Positions 18,921-28,968 of a DNA stretch of 64,000 nt are shown one piece after another. The position numbers and the translations under genes are program-made. Position 1 is the first letter of the stretch; each line of letters starts with the position of its first letter. The DNA is taken from positions 960,001 to 1,024,000 of the forward strand of contig JBKAGP010000001.1 in assembly GCA_046290465.1 (NCBI GenBank). The letters run 5' to 3'. Under the pieces are notes generated by a model. It was given only the letters and a program-made list of their open reading frames with translations. It had not been told where the DNA came from and searched no databases. This stretch comes from Planctomycetota bacterium. GTDB taxonomy: Bacteria; Planctomycetota; UBA1135; UBA2386.

Positions 18921-19505
18921 TCAGGGGTCCATCGACTCGATGTGCCCGGCGGTCGTTCCGTATCCCGACGCCAGCGGTCCCGGTGCCGGACGACGGCGGA
19001 TCGCTTCGACGCCCTTCTGCACGGCCGCCAGCTGCGCTTGAAGCCCGTGCATCCTGTGGAGAGCAAGCGCCTGAAGCAGCAGCAGCAAGCCCACCGCACC
19101 GCCACCGACGACCATGATCCACCAGATACGCGATGCCACGTCCGCCGAAGCCGGCGTCGCCGAGCCGGACGACTCGTCCGGCTTCTCGCCACCCTGACCT
19201 TCCTCATCGGATTCGCTCGCATCGCCCACCCCGCCTTGCTGCGAGGGGGCGTCCCCTTCCTGACTCGCCGCAATCGACGGGGAAGCGGCCTGGCAGGCCC
19301 CGAAGCCGGCCATCAGCAGCAGGCCCAAGCCGAGTGCGGCGAACACGTGTATGGCACGGCGTGGCGACGAACGTCCGGCCGGCGCGAGCCGGGTGTAGAA
19401 CGGCGGCCCTTCCTCGAGGCATGGTGGGGCCATCGCGTCGGCGTCGCCTTGCCATCCGTCGCCCCAGGAACCGCCGCCATCATCCAGAAGGGCGTCCTGT
19501 GACAC
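18921..19505 (-). CDS. Hypothetical membrane protein (hydrophobic/lipobox-like segment, acidic linker, TM helix, short coiled coil)
   Basis: VFAALGLGLLLMAGFGAC and IWWIMVVGGGAVGLLLLLQALAL; lies just downstream of PAAR. Start uncertain (19505 or 19433). Confidence 0.55.
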   Translation of the reverse strand: MSQDALLDDGGGSWGDGWQGDADAMAPPCLEEGPPFYTRLAPAGRSSPRRAIHVFAALGLGLLLMAGFGACQAASPSIAASQEGDAPSQQGGVGDASESDEEGQGGEKPDESSGSATPASADVASRIWWIMVVGGGAVGLLLLLQALALHRMHGLQAQLAAVQKGVEAIRRRPAPGPLASGYGTTAGHIESMDP

Positions 19506-19521
19506 GTCGTCCACCGACCAG

Positions 19522-19821
19522 TTAGCCACCGATCTCCACCGATGGCATGCCGACGACGATGGTGCCACCATGTGCACACGTGTCACCGACACGCGCCGCA
19601 GGCCGCCCCATGATCAGGACGGTTGCCGAGCCCTTGACGATCGAGTCAGGCGGGCCAACACAGGTCGCCATGTCCTCCGCCAGCGCCGCCGGCAGTCCGC
19701 CGATCAACACGGTTTCTGCACCGGGACCGACGATCGGTCCCCCGACGTGCGGGATCGGCGGCACGCCGGGAGTTACTTGCGGACAGACATGCATATCGGT
19801 GAGTCTCGCAGCTGGTGGCAC
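19522..19821 (-). CDS. PAAR domain spike-tip protein (Afp10-like)
   Basis: GTG start after GAAGGAG. PAARLTDMHVC...VLIGGLPAA...GRPAARVGDTCAHGG. Confidence 0.95.
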   Translation of the reverse strand: MPPAARLTDMHVCPQVTPGVPPIPHVGGPIVGPGAETVLIGGLPAALAEDMATCVGPPDSIVKGSATVLIMGRPAARVGDTCAHGGTIVVGMPSVEIGG

Positions 19822-19933
19822 GATAGGGATCTCCTTCGAAGGCCACGAGAGCGTCCCACGCCACACCGGCCGCCGATACCGACAGACCTCCTACGATCCG
19901 ACAACACGCCCCATCACAGCGGCCGTGCATCGA

Positions 19934-22900
19934 CTACATCGCTGGCAATTCCGAGACGATCTCGATGTCGAGCATCCCGACCCATGGCAGGCACACCATG
20001 CCCAGTGGCAACTCCGATTGCTCCAACAGCATGTCCAGGCTGCCGCGCAGGAGCCTGCATTCGAACTGCTCGTCCGCTACCCTTCGCACGACCCCCTCGC
20101 GCAGTACGAACATCGTGCGCATGGTGTCGCGACCGTGGGTTGCCATGCCGGGAATCCCGTGCGCGAGGCTGTCGAGCATCCGGCCGCCCGCGGTCTCGCA
20201 GAAGTCCGCGTCCCGGGCCACCGGTGCCAGCGGGACGGGATCCATGCCGCCGGTTGCCAGCAGCAACAACAAGGCGTCCCCGAGCCAGGACTCCGGTTGT
20301 TCACGGTTGCAAGTCGTAGCCAACATCCAGGCTCGATGTGCCCACCAGGCCGCCCGATCGGCCTCGCAGCCGAAGTGCTCGAGGATCTCTCGATCGACGA
20401 ACCCCAGGAACGGGTGCAACAACATCAGGCCGGCGGCACGAGTCGGGACCCAGTCGCTCCCGCCCGCGTGCCCGCGGGCTGTCGCGCCCAACACGTGTGG
20501 CCCGGCCGGATCGGTCGAGGTCGTCCCGAACGGGGAGGCGCGTCCGAGCAGCAACGCATCCAGCTCGTCGTCCGTCGGTTCCAAGCCGGCAGCGCCCTCC
20601 GCCGCCTCTGCCTGCAACGCTTCGATCGCATGTTGACGCGACGCCGTCGACGACAGCGCCGCTGCCGGTAGCTGCCACGCAAGGGTCGCCGCAACGACCA
20701 TGCGCGCGCCACCGCGCAGCTCACCGCACGCGCGGCGTCGCGCATCGCGGTCGTGCGACAGCAGCTCGCACATCGCATCGACGACCAGTTCGTTGCCGGC
20801 GGTGGCCATGACGTCGAACCACGAAGCACCACCGCGGCGCCAGTCGGCGACGAGTTGCTCGGCCGTGGTCGCGGCCGCGATGGCCTGTCCCAGCTCGTCC
20901 TCGTTCGTTGGCGCGGGCGTGGCATCGGAACCACCGCGTACGCCGCGTCGCCTGCGACGCAGCCACCGTTGCAACTCCCGCAGGGATGCGCTGCGGACCT
21001 CGCGATGGGCAGGTGGGCGAGCTTCGTCCGTCTCCCGAGCGTCCGCGAGTGCCTCCAAGGACCTGCCTGCCGCCAACCAGTCGACGATGGACTTCCGGTC
21101 GGCCTCGGAAGTCCGCGCCCAGGCCGCGGGAAGGACCTCGCCGTTCTCCGCCAGCTGCTGGCACATCGACAGCGCCCCTGGCTCGTCGCCAGCGCGTGCC
21201 AGCCCCTGACGAAGTCCGACGATGCCGCACTCGACGGCACGCAGGCGAAGAACCGCATCAGCAGGATCCTGCCGACCTGCCGCCCACGCCCGTGCGCGTG
21301 CTCGCATGGCGGCCTGCACCTGCGTGGTCGAAGACTCGACGAGGCACCAGGCGAAATCGTCGGCCACCACCGGGTCGTACTCACCGTGAGACTCCGAGTC
21401 TCGGAGCGCAAGCGTGGCGCGAACCCGGCGCAGGTGGGGCGCATGGTCCGGTGCCGCCATCACCTCTGGCGCCAGGATTCCGGCCAGCACCATCAGCATC
21501 GCATCGCGACCTTCACCTGCGAGCGCGAAGATCTGGCTCCGGATGCGCTCGCTGCCCGCCGCGAGCAGAGCGTGGCAAAGGGCATCCAGCGCTCGCGCCG
21601 AATGCAGCCTGGCCACGGCGCGCACGAGATCGAGTTGCCCGCACGCCACGGCTCTCGCAAGTCGAGTGGCGAGGCGCTCCAGCCGGAGCCGCCCCGCATC
21701 CGGGCTGCCTTCCGATGCCGCCGATGGCTCGTTTGCGGGGACCGCCTCCTCGAACAAGACACGATGCCAGGCGAGGGCCTGCCACCCGTCAGCTTCGACG
21801 ATCGCGCGGATCCGCTCCGCGTCCTCGGCCAACCGTGCACAGACCTCGTCGACCTCCGCGCGCGACCGCCCGGTTGCGAGTCGACGCAAGCCCCCGTCGG
21901 CGAACGTCGGCTGCGTTCGAACACGAGAACCGGCGGAGGGTCGAAGGCGCTGCGAGCCGGCTTCGATCGAAGCCGCCGCCCGCTCGTTCGAAGTGGCCTG
22001 CTCCGAAGCACCCGCGGCCAACCCACTCGACGAATCGCTGCGGACCGGGAGCGTCGGCGTCGGCGCATCGCCTTGCACCGAGTCGCCCCTGCGCGCCCGA
22101 TGCGCACCGCCGCCATGCCTCGTACCTCGGCAGCCAGGACCCTCCGCGTCGTCGCCATCGCCTGCGGCCATGTCGGGGTCCTCGGTCCTCGGTGCGTCGG
22201 CATCACTTGCACCATCGGTCGGACGGTCACCTGCACTCGCACTCTGCGTGGATTCCGATCTGCCACGGGCAGCGTTCCTGGCCGTATCGACATCTCCAGC
22301 CGGGTCCGCATGCGACGGATCGTGGGCACCGCGTCCCTTCGGGTCGTCGCCGCCACCGTCGGCCACGTTCGGATTCCCGCTCCATGGCGTCGCAGCGTCG
22401 TCGTCACCATCGGTCGAGCGATCGCCTGCGCCGGCGTCACGCGCCGCTGCAGGCTCGCCACGAGCCGCGTTCCCGACCGTATCGACCTTACCGACCGGGT
22501 CCGCATCCGACGAATCGTGGGCGCCACCTCCTTTCGGGTCGTCGCCGCCACCGTCGGCCCCGTTCGGATTCCCGCTCCATGGCGTCGCAGCGTCGTCGTC
22601 ACCATCGGTCGGACGATCACCTGCGACGGCGTCAGGCGCCGATTCGGGCTCGCCAGGAGCCGCGTTCCCGACCGTATCGACATTTCCGACCGGGTCCGCA
22701 TGCGACGGATCGTGGGCGCCGCGTCCCCTCGGGTCGTCGCCGCCAGCGTCGGCCACGTTCGGATTCCCGTTCCATGGCGTCGCAGCGTCGTCGTCACCAT
22801 CGGTCGGACGATCCCCTGCGACGGCGTCAGGCGCCGATTCGGAGCTGCGTCGAGCAGCCTTCTCGACCGGGCCGACATCTCCGACCGAGTCGATCGGCAC

Positions 22901-24844
22901 GCGACCCGCACGCTGCGACGCGGCGGCCGCACGGCTGCGGATGCAGTCCGACACCTCCTTGGCCAACTGGACCCGGTCGACCGCCGGGAGAACGTGCGAG
23001 GCGCGGAGCCGCTCCCAAGTCGCGCGCCTGACCGCGAAGTCGCCCACCTGCTGGAGCGCATCCGGCTCGACGACCCCCTCGAGCACCAGCACCAGCGCAT
23101 CGCGTTCGTCGGGAGACAGCGCCTGTAGCAGCAGACGCCGTCGGTCCGGATCCGTCGCCATGAGTTCGCGGCACACGACCGCCAGCCCCGCACCGCCTTC
23201 GACCAGGGTAAACGCCTGGAGCGACTCGGCCGAGCGACCAGCGGTTTCCGGCCAGAACGGCAGAGACGGCTTGGCCTCTCGGAACTCGCACCGGCCATGC
23301 CCAGACGCGGATCCGCGGCGCTGCACGAGTCGTTCGAGGTCCGCGATCGAAGTCGCGAGCCGCCGGCCAGGGGCGGCGCCCCAGAGGCGATCGAGCACGG
23401 CCAACGTATGCTCGCAGCTGGCCAACGCGCTACGCGCCGTGATGCCTTGGATCCAGGTCGCCACGCAGAGCTGCTGTGCCTGCGAGGCCGACGTGGCACC
23501 GGCCGACAACGACAACGCGTCCGTGGTGCAGGCTGCCGCCGCGATCGCGACGTCCAGGTCGAGCAGCCCGTCGCGCACGTCGCGCCACGATTCCGGCAGC
23601 GCGCCTCGGATACCGGATCCGTCGCGCACACGAAGGGGCTCGGGAGCATCGCCGACATCGCACGCGCGCGCGCCGTTGCCGAACGTGCTGCCCGGCGAAC
23701 CGGACAGCAGCCCCTCGACGGTCTCGACCGACGGGACGGCACCGCGTCGAAACCACTGATAGCGACCGAACCAATCGAGTTCGTCTCGATGCAGCCACGT
23801 GCACTTTCGTCCGCCGGCTCCCCGGGCGCGCAGTTCTCGCGACAGGCGCACAGCCAGACTCGATGAGAACGAAAACGGCTCCGTGCAGCGCTGGACGCGC
23901 TCCGCGACACCCACTGCCGCCGCCACCGCAACGCGCTGGTCTGCGTCCAGATTCGACACGCTCGGCGGAGGTGGTGGCCACGCGCCGGTTGCCTGCCGCC
24001 AAGGTGGCTTGCCGGTCGAAACGGTCTGCTCGAACGGCCCTTCGTCCCCGTGCCGCAGGCCATCATCCGAACGGCCTGCCAGCAGCACCTCGATCTCGGA
24101 ACGCGTCGGCCATGCATCCCCGCAGAGCCACCGCGCGACCAGGTCCCGTCCGACATGACCAGGCGTCTCGGATGCTCCGGTTGCCGGCTCGGACACCGCG
24201 ACGTCGACCCGGGGCGCAAACGTCGCAGCCACGGCGCGCAGCATTGGCCGCTCGGCTGACGACGCGAGCAGTCCGCGATCCATCAGGGACCGGACCAGCA
24301 AGCGGGCGAGGACCGGCAGGAGCGTCACACCACGCGGCTCCGTGTCGCCGGGCGCGGTGCCACCAGCGCGGCCCCACCCGGCAGCAAGCACGTCGGCCAG
24401 CAGTGCCATGCCGACCGGGAGGCGTCCGGTTCCGGCCCACCACAGGGCGAAGCGATCTTCGCGCCGTAGCACCCAGGGCAACGGCGCGGCAACTGCCTCA
24501 GCGGATCCGTCCGAGACTGCGGATCGGGGCGCCTTCACGTCACCGCCACGGACCTCGGCATCGATCGCTGCAGACGGACTCCGCGAAATCGCATTCAGGA
24601 TCGACGCGGCCCACAGCGCAGCGAGCGTTGCATCGTCGCTGGCCAGGTGGGCAGGATCGAGGGTCACGCACAGTTGCTCGATCTCGACGTCCGGCATGCC
24701 ATCCGACGCAGAGTCGAGCAACCGGTCGAGCATGTCCGGCAACACGTTTCGGGCGATGTGCCCCAAACGCATGGCCGTGTCGTAAGACGCGACGTTCGCA
24801 GCGGCGCCTGCCCGGATGACCATGCGTCCGATGCCATCGCTCAC
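19934..24844 (-). CDS. Contractile injection system tape-measure protein (Afp14/Pvc14-like), about 1636 aa
   Basis: N-terminal LPDMLDRLLD...VEIEQLCVTLD and C-terminal AAGLMLLHPFL...FVLREG...LDMLLE...LPW hallmarks. GTGA overlap with the upstream gene. Confidence 0.8.
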   Translation of the reverse strand: MSDGIGRMVIRAGAAANVASYDTAMRLGHIARNVLPDMLDRLLDSASDGMPDVEIEQLCVTLDPAHLASDDATLAALWAASILNAISRSPSAAIDAEVRGGDVKAPRSAVSDGSAEAVAAPLPWVLRREDRFALWWAGTGRLPVGMALLADVLAAGWGRAGGTAPGDTEPRGVTLLPVLARLLVRSLMDRGLLASSAERPMLRAVAATFAPRVDVAVSEPATGASETPGHVGRDLVARWLCGDAWPTRSEIEVLLAGRSDDGLRHGDEGPFEQTVSTGKPPWRQATGAWPPPPPSVSNLDADQRVAVAAAVGVAERVQRCTEPFSFSSSLAVRLSRELRARGAGGRKCTWLHRDELDWFGRYQWFRRGAVPSVETVEGLLSGSPGSTFGNGARACDVGDAPEPLRVRDGSGIRGALPESWRDVRDGLLDLDVAIAAAACTTDALSLSAGATSASQAQQLCVATWIQGITARSALASCEHTLAVLDRLWGAAPGRRLATSIADLERLVQRRGSASGHGRCEFREAKPSLPFWPETAGRSAESLQAFTLVEGGAGLAVVCRELMATDPDRRRLLLQALSPDERDALVLVLEGVVEPDALQQVGDFAVRRATWERLRASHVLPAVDRVQLAKEVSDCIRSRAAAASQRAGRVPIDSVGDVGPVEKAARRSSESAPDAVAGDRPTDGDDDAATPWNGNPNVADAGGDDPRGRGAHDPSHADPVGNVDTVGNAAPGEPESAPDAVAGDRPTDGDDDAATPWSGNPNGADGGGDDPKGGGAHDSSDADPVGKVDTVGNAARGEPAAARDAGAGDRSTDGDDDAATPWSGNPNVADGGGDDPKGRGAHDPSHADPAGDVDTARNAARGRSESTQSASAGDRPTDGASDADAPRTEDPDMAAGDGDDAEGPGCRGTRHGGGAHRARRGDSVQGDAPTPTLPVRSDSSSGLAAGASEQATSNERAAASIEAGSQRLRPSAGSRVRTQPTFADGGLRRLATGRSRAEVDEVCARLAEDAERIRAIVEADGWQALAWHRVLFEEAVPANEPSAASEGSPDAGRLRLERLATRLARAVACGQLDLVRAVARLHSARALDALCHALLAAGSERIRSQIFALAGEGRDAMLMVLAGILAPEVMAAPDHAPHLRRVRATLALRDSESHGEYDPVVADDFAWCLVESSTTQVQAAMRARARAWAAGRQDPADAVLRLRAVECGIVGLRQGLARAGDEPGALSMCQQLAENGEVLPAAWARTSEADRKSIVDWLAAGRSLEALADARETDEARPPAHREVRSASLRELQRWLRRRRRGVRGGSDATPAPTNEDELGQAIAAATTAEQLVADWRRGGASWFDVMATAGNELVVDAMCELLSHDRDARRRACGELRGGARMVVAATLAWQLPAAALSSTASRQHAIEALQAEAAEGAAGLEPTDDELDALLLGRASPFGTTSTDPAGPHVLGATARGHAGGSDWVPTRAAGLMLLHPFLGFVDREILEHFGCEADRAAWWAHRAWMLATTCNREQPESWLGDALLLLLATGGMDPVPLAPVARDADFCETAGGRMLDSLAHGIPGMATHGRDTMRTMFVLREGVVRRVADEQFECRLLRGSLDMLLEQSELPLGMVCLPWVGMLDIEIVSELPAM
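22140..22890 (-). repeat. 195-bp (65-aa) in-frame tandem repeat, three full copies plus partial flanks, inside the tape measure
   Basis: ccatggcgtcgcagcgtcgtcgtcaccatcggtc at 22382, 22577 and 22772 (period 195). Confidence 0.95.
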
Positions 24845-26532
24845 GGCATGCTCTCGCCTTCCTGATCGCGCCGCCGCCCCCCGAGGAACCACCGCAGCAC
24901 CCTGGTCGGCCACCGGAGGCGCGCGCTTCGGGAAGCCGGGCCGCGAGGACCGTTCGCGGCCTCCCCCGCACCCGGCTGCCGACGCTTCGCAACGGGGCGA
25001 CGGACCCCTCGATAGGCCGGTGTCAGAAAGCTCACCACCCGCAGGTCGTCATCGACGACCATGGCCAGCCGCGCATCCAGAGCCACGGTCGTGCAGTGCT
25101 CCCAACCGACCACGTCCGGCAGCTGGTCGACCCGCACCGCTGGCGAGAGCTGGTCTTCTCGACCGCAATGTCGATACGCCGAGAGCAGAACCTGCCAGGC
25201 CTCACGCAGGGGTCTCCCCAGCAGGTTGCTCAGCGCAGCCAACCCCTGGCGCCTCGGGTCGACGACGGTGGTGTCGTCGTAGCTCTGATGCCAGTACGGC
25301 TCGTTGACCGGATCGATCAGGCTCGGGAGCGGACGTGCGCTGCGATCCGCGCCCACTCGACGCTCGCCGCTGTCGCGATCCACCGTCGGCAGCGCCGATG
25401 CCGGGGGATCGCATGCACCTCGCAGCGGATCCAGCGGCCAGAGTCCGGTCCACGGACACGGACGATCCCAACCCAGGTTCGGCAACCACGCTGCCGTGCC
25501 GCCGCGGTAGCCACGCAAGGAAACGAAGCGGACCGTCGGCTCCACGTGGCGCGCGTTCCAGCGCTCGAGTGCGCGCGCGATCCTCCGCAGCGCGACCGCC
25601 TTGATCAGCACGGGTCGATAGCCCTTCACCTGCTCCAGTTCGGTCGAGCCGATGGCGAATCGCCGCCTCCACCTGCTGTCCCACACCCACCCGTTCTCCG
25701 GATGCCGGAAGAGCCACCCGATCGCGACTCCGTCTCGCACCCGGCACTCGGGTCCCTGACAGTCCCGCGTGTGCAGCCGTTCGTACAGCAAGGCCCTGGC
25801 ATACTGCCATCCCGAGTAGACGACATCGTTGAGCACCGCCCACGCCAGGACGTCGCGATCGGTCCACACCCCCTCGTCGACGCGTTGCTGCAGTGCGAGA
25901 CCGGCAAGCAAACGATGCTTGTCGGCAGGCAGGTCGGTATCGAAGAGCCCGTCGCACAACAGGTTCCGGGTCCGCTCGAACGCGATCCGAAAGCCGCTGC
26001 CATCGGCGATGGCGCGACCGCTCGGCATCCGCAACGGAACTGCACGAAGCAGCGCCCCCGGTTCCGGCGGTGCCAGCCGCCCGCGAACGAACTGCAGCTC
26101 GACGCCATCACGCTTCCAGTCTCCGGCGCGACCGACGCAGTCTTCACCGACGCCACCCGGACGCACGATGTCCTTGTGAACGAGAACCGCCGTGACGTTC
26201 TCGTAGGGACAGCCGTCCACCGCCCGGACGTCGTCGTTCGACTCGTAGAGGCGCTCCTCGAACGCCTCTCCGACCAGCACGGTCCGCAGGGCCTCCCGAA
26301 CCTGCAGGCGTCGCCCCAGTGCATCGATGGCCTCGCCAGGTTGCACGACACCGTGCGTACCATCCTCGGTAACCCCACCCTCGAGGCCGAACACGACGCC
26401 ACAACCGATGTGCTGCCGCACATGCTCCATGGCTCGACCGAGGCCGTGCCCCGAAAGGGCGTTCAGTTCACGGTCGGTGACGACCTGACCCGCCCGGAAC
26501 GTGGGCAGCCATGGCCCCATTTCATTCGTCAT
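24841..26532 (-). CDS. Afp13-like tail-fibre / baseplate-attachment protein
   Basis: N-terminal FRAGQVVTDRELN...IGCGVVFGLEG...VQPGEAIDALGR motif; located between the baseplate genes and the tape measure. Confidence 0.65.
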   Translation of the reverse strand: MTNEMGPWLPTFRAGQVVTDRELNALSGHGLGRAMEHVRQHIGCGVVFGLEGGVTEDGTHGVVQPGEAIDALGRRLQVREALRTVLVGEAFEERLYESNDDVRAVDGCPYENVTAVLVHKDIVRPGGVGEDCVGRAGDWKRDGVELQFVRGRLAPPEPGALLRAVPLRMPSGRAIADGSGFRIAFERTRNLLCDGLFDTDLPADKHRLLAGLALQQRVDEGVWTDRDVLAWAVLNDVVYSGWQYARALLYERLHTRDCQGPECRVRDGVAIGWLFRHPENGWVWDSRWRRRFAIGSTELEQVKGYRPVLIKAVALRRIARALERWNARHVEPTVRFVSLRGYRGGTAAWLPNLGWDRPCPWTGLWPLDPLRGACDPPASALPTVDRDSGERRVGADRSARPLPSLIDPVNEPYWHQSYDDTTVVDPRRQGLAALSNLLGRPLREAWQVLLSAYRHCGREDQLSPAVRVDQLPDVVGWEHCTTVALDARLAMVVDDDLRVVSFLTPAYRGVRRPVAKRRQPGAGEAANGPRGPASRSARLRWPTRVLRWFLGGRRRDQEGESMP

Positions 26533-27427
26533 CCTGACACCTCTCGCATTGCCCGCCACGATCGTCCCGGTGGGCGACGCGGCGGACGTTCAGTTCGGAG
26601 CGAGGCCCGCTGGCTCGCTCCGACTCGTCCGGCAGACCCTCCTCGCTTGCTCGCAACATCCACTCGTCGACCGTGGTGATGCGATCACGACTCTCAGCCA
26701 CCAGCCCGGCGACGGTCGGGCAGGTCGGAACCCGCAAGTCCCGAAACTCCGGCCAGAATGCGTCCGACACGAAGAACGTCTCGAGGATCAGATGGGCCGG
26801 GGCGTAGCGCTGGATCCAATGCTGCAGGGTGTGGACTCCCGGCCACTGTTCGAACGCGCCGATCTGCCGGACGAACAGCGTGACCCGATGTCTGCGCGCG
26901 CCATTGTCGGCCGTGGTCTCGTCACACGCGTCGACCTCGTAGGCGAAGTGCTCGATCAGGATCGGGCACTGCTCGGGGTCGGTATCCACGAGGCCAAAGC
27001 AGGCACACAGCAACCGCAGCAGGCCCAACGGCGTGCCGCGATCTCTCATCAGTCTTGGCAACCGGCGTAGCAATGCCGCCTTGAGGCGGTTGGACCGGCC
27101 CGGATCCGCCCCGGCCCCGCACTCGAGATCGAGTCCACGCCACAAGCTCCGCTCGGCGCCATTGGCTCGCAGCAGCTCCTCGAGCACGCCGCGCCTCGCA
27201 GCCGTCGTCGAGGCGTCCGTGCCCGCACTCGCAGCACCCGGAGGCAATGCCCCCATGGCGTCGGGAGACAGCCAGTGCGGCAGATCCTGAAGCTGGTCTA
27301 CGTAACCGCGGGCGACATCGTCGACCATCTCGAGGAAGGCGCGCACCTGCTGCCACGATTCCTCGCTGCGACGATAGAACCGCGGCAGGTCCGCGTCGAT
27401 CGGATGGTACAGCGCATCGTCGTTCAT
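26522..27427 (-). CDS. Phage tail/baseplate wedge protein (P2 gpI-like; resembles the Afp12 C-terminal half)
   Basis: LPRFYR...RAFLEM...RDRGTPLGLLRLL...ILIEHF...RYAPAH; TGATG coupling. Confidence 0.7.
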   Translation of the reverse strand: MNDDALYHPIDADLPRFYRRSEESWQQVRAFLEMVDDVARGYVDQLQDLPHWLSPDAMGALPPGAASAGTDASTTAARRGVLEELLRANGAERSLWRGLDLECGAGADPGRSNRLKAALLRRLPRLMRDRGTPLGLLRLLCACFGLVDTDPEQCPILIEHFAYEVDACDETTADNGARRHRVTLFVRQIGAFEQWPGVHTLQHWIQRYAPAHLILETFFVSDAFWPEFRDLRVPTCPTVAGLVAESRDRITTVDEWMLRASEEGLPDESERASGPRSELNVRRVAHRDDRGGQCERCQDDE

Positions 27428-28968
27428 CACTCCGCTCCGCCCATCAGGCGCGTCTGGATCGACAGCTGTTTCAGCCTCGGGATCTCGAACGGCTCCAGGT
27501 CGACCCGTCGCTCGCCCCACGTACCGCCGCGCCGCCGCAAGCAGAGGTCGTGGACGTCGATGATCGCTTCGTGCGACAACAACCTCGCGCGGACCTGTTC
27601 GAGCTCGACGGCGTGCCCCGGTCGCCAGACGCCGAGGGCTGGCCGCGATTCGAGGACCGAGGGAACCGCATCGCGTTCCGGACCACCCTTCAGGCGTTGC
27701 CACGCATCCGGTGGTCCGATCCAGGATCTGCACGTGTCCTCGTGTGCGTCTCGGTCCTCGGCACGGCCCTCGAGGAATCCGAGGACCAGTGCGTGCGCCT
27801 GCCTGCGGACGTCCGTGGCATCCGCGCCTCGGTTGACCAGGACGCTCGCCGAGATCTCGATTTCGGCCTCTCGGGCGAACCCGAAATAGAGTTCGTCACC
27901 GAGCAGGCGAGACGACCACAAGGTGTCGTAGATTCCTGCGGCTGGCTCGTCCTCTCGGCTGTCGGCCGTCGGTGCCAGTTCCTGCTGCTTTCGAACTTGG
28001 GCCAACCGCTCGGCATCGATCACATCCTGGGCTCCCCAGACGCGACTCGATCGCGTCACCTCCTGTCGCAGGACCGCCTGACGACACCGCTCCAGCACGG
28101 CGGTGCGCTCGGCTGTCGTCCGGTGTTGACGCGGCCGCAGCAGGATCGAGATGGCCGCAGGATGCAAAGCGCGTTCGTCGTGCCCGGTCGTACCGTCCCA
28201 TCGCATGTCACCGACCGCACCATGGACCACCCACACCTGGTCGACGTCATCTCGAGACACGGCCACCACCACCCGGCGACCATAGTCGCCGGCGGTCACC
28301 GCCTGGGTACTGAGAAGCTGCGCCGGATGAGGCGGCCAGATCTCGCTCCCGCCCGATGCATCCTCGAATTCCGCAGGATCCCGTTCGAGCGTCTCCAGCC
28401 GGCCCAGCTGCGCCAACAGGTCTTCACGGTTGCCATCGATGCCCCACGAGGCATCCGTCAAGCGACGCCAGACGTCCAGCAGGCGAGCGAACGACCGCGT
28501 GCCCGCCAGTTGTTCGAGCTGTTCGCGATAGCCTCGCATCGCCTCTTCGAGCTCTCGCTGCCGCGCGGCGCCGATCCAACGGACCTTGGCGTCGTCGTGC
28601 GGCTTGCAGCGCCCGGACGCGCCACGTTGGCGCGCCCGCCGCTGCAGTTGCCGCCACTCTCGGAACCAGAATCGACGACGACGACGGAGCATCGCTTCGT
28701 CGAGGACACGGTGCCCCGGTTGCGAGCCACGCAGAACCACCGGCACGCCCAGGGGTGCTACCGACGTTCGGTAGAACAGGTCGACGATCGACCACAGGAT
28801 CGCCTCGAGCAGCGTCACACCGGGGTCGTGGATGTTGAAGTCCGTCCACTTCGAGCCCTGCGCCTGGATGCACGAAATCGCCAGGTCACGCAATTCGCCG
28901 AATCCCGGGACGGAGGGCTCGTCCTCGCGGCGCAACGTCTCCATCGACAGGTCGGACAACCGGGTCAC
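27427..28968 (-). CDS. Baseplate protein (Afp12 N-terminal / baseplate J-like)
   Basis: WTDFNIHDPGVTLLEAILW and QAVTAGDY motifs; GTGA coupling. Confidence 0.75.
   Translation of the reverse strand: MTRLSDLSMETLRREDEPSVPGFGELRDLAISCIQAQGSKWTDFNIHDPGVTLLEAILWSIVDLFYRTSVAPLGVPVVLRGSQPGHRVLDEAMLRRRRRFWFREWRQLQRRARQRGASGRCKPHDDAKVRWIGAARQRELEEAMRGYREQLEQLAGTRSFARLLDVWRRLTDASWGIDGNREDLLAQLGRLETLERDPAEFEDASGGSEIWPPHPAQLLSTQAVTAGDYGRRVVVAVSRDDVDQVWVVHGAVGDMRWDGTTGHDERALHPAAISILLRPRQHRTTAERTAVLERCRQAVLRQEVTRSSRVWGAQDVIDAERLAQVRKQQELAPTADSREDEPAAGIYDTLWSSRLLGDELYFGFAREAEIEISASVLVNRGADATDVRRQAHALVLGFLEGRAEDRDAHEDTCRSWIGPPDAWQRLKGGPERDAVPSVLESRPALGVWRPGHAVELEQVRARLLSHEAIIDVHDLCLRRRGGTWGERRVDLEPFEIPRLKQLSIQTRLMGGAE

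Noticed and set aside
22140..22890. Possible CRISPR array
   Set aside because: The period is 195 bp with the whole unit conserved, there are no unique spacers, it is in frame within a CDS, and no cas genes are present.
20753..23759. Several 700-900 aa alternative-frame ORFs over the tape measure
   Set aside because: Arg/Ser/Pro-rich low-information translations expected in stop-poor GC-rich DNA; only the 19934-24844 frame has both terminal tape-measure motifs.
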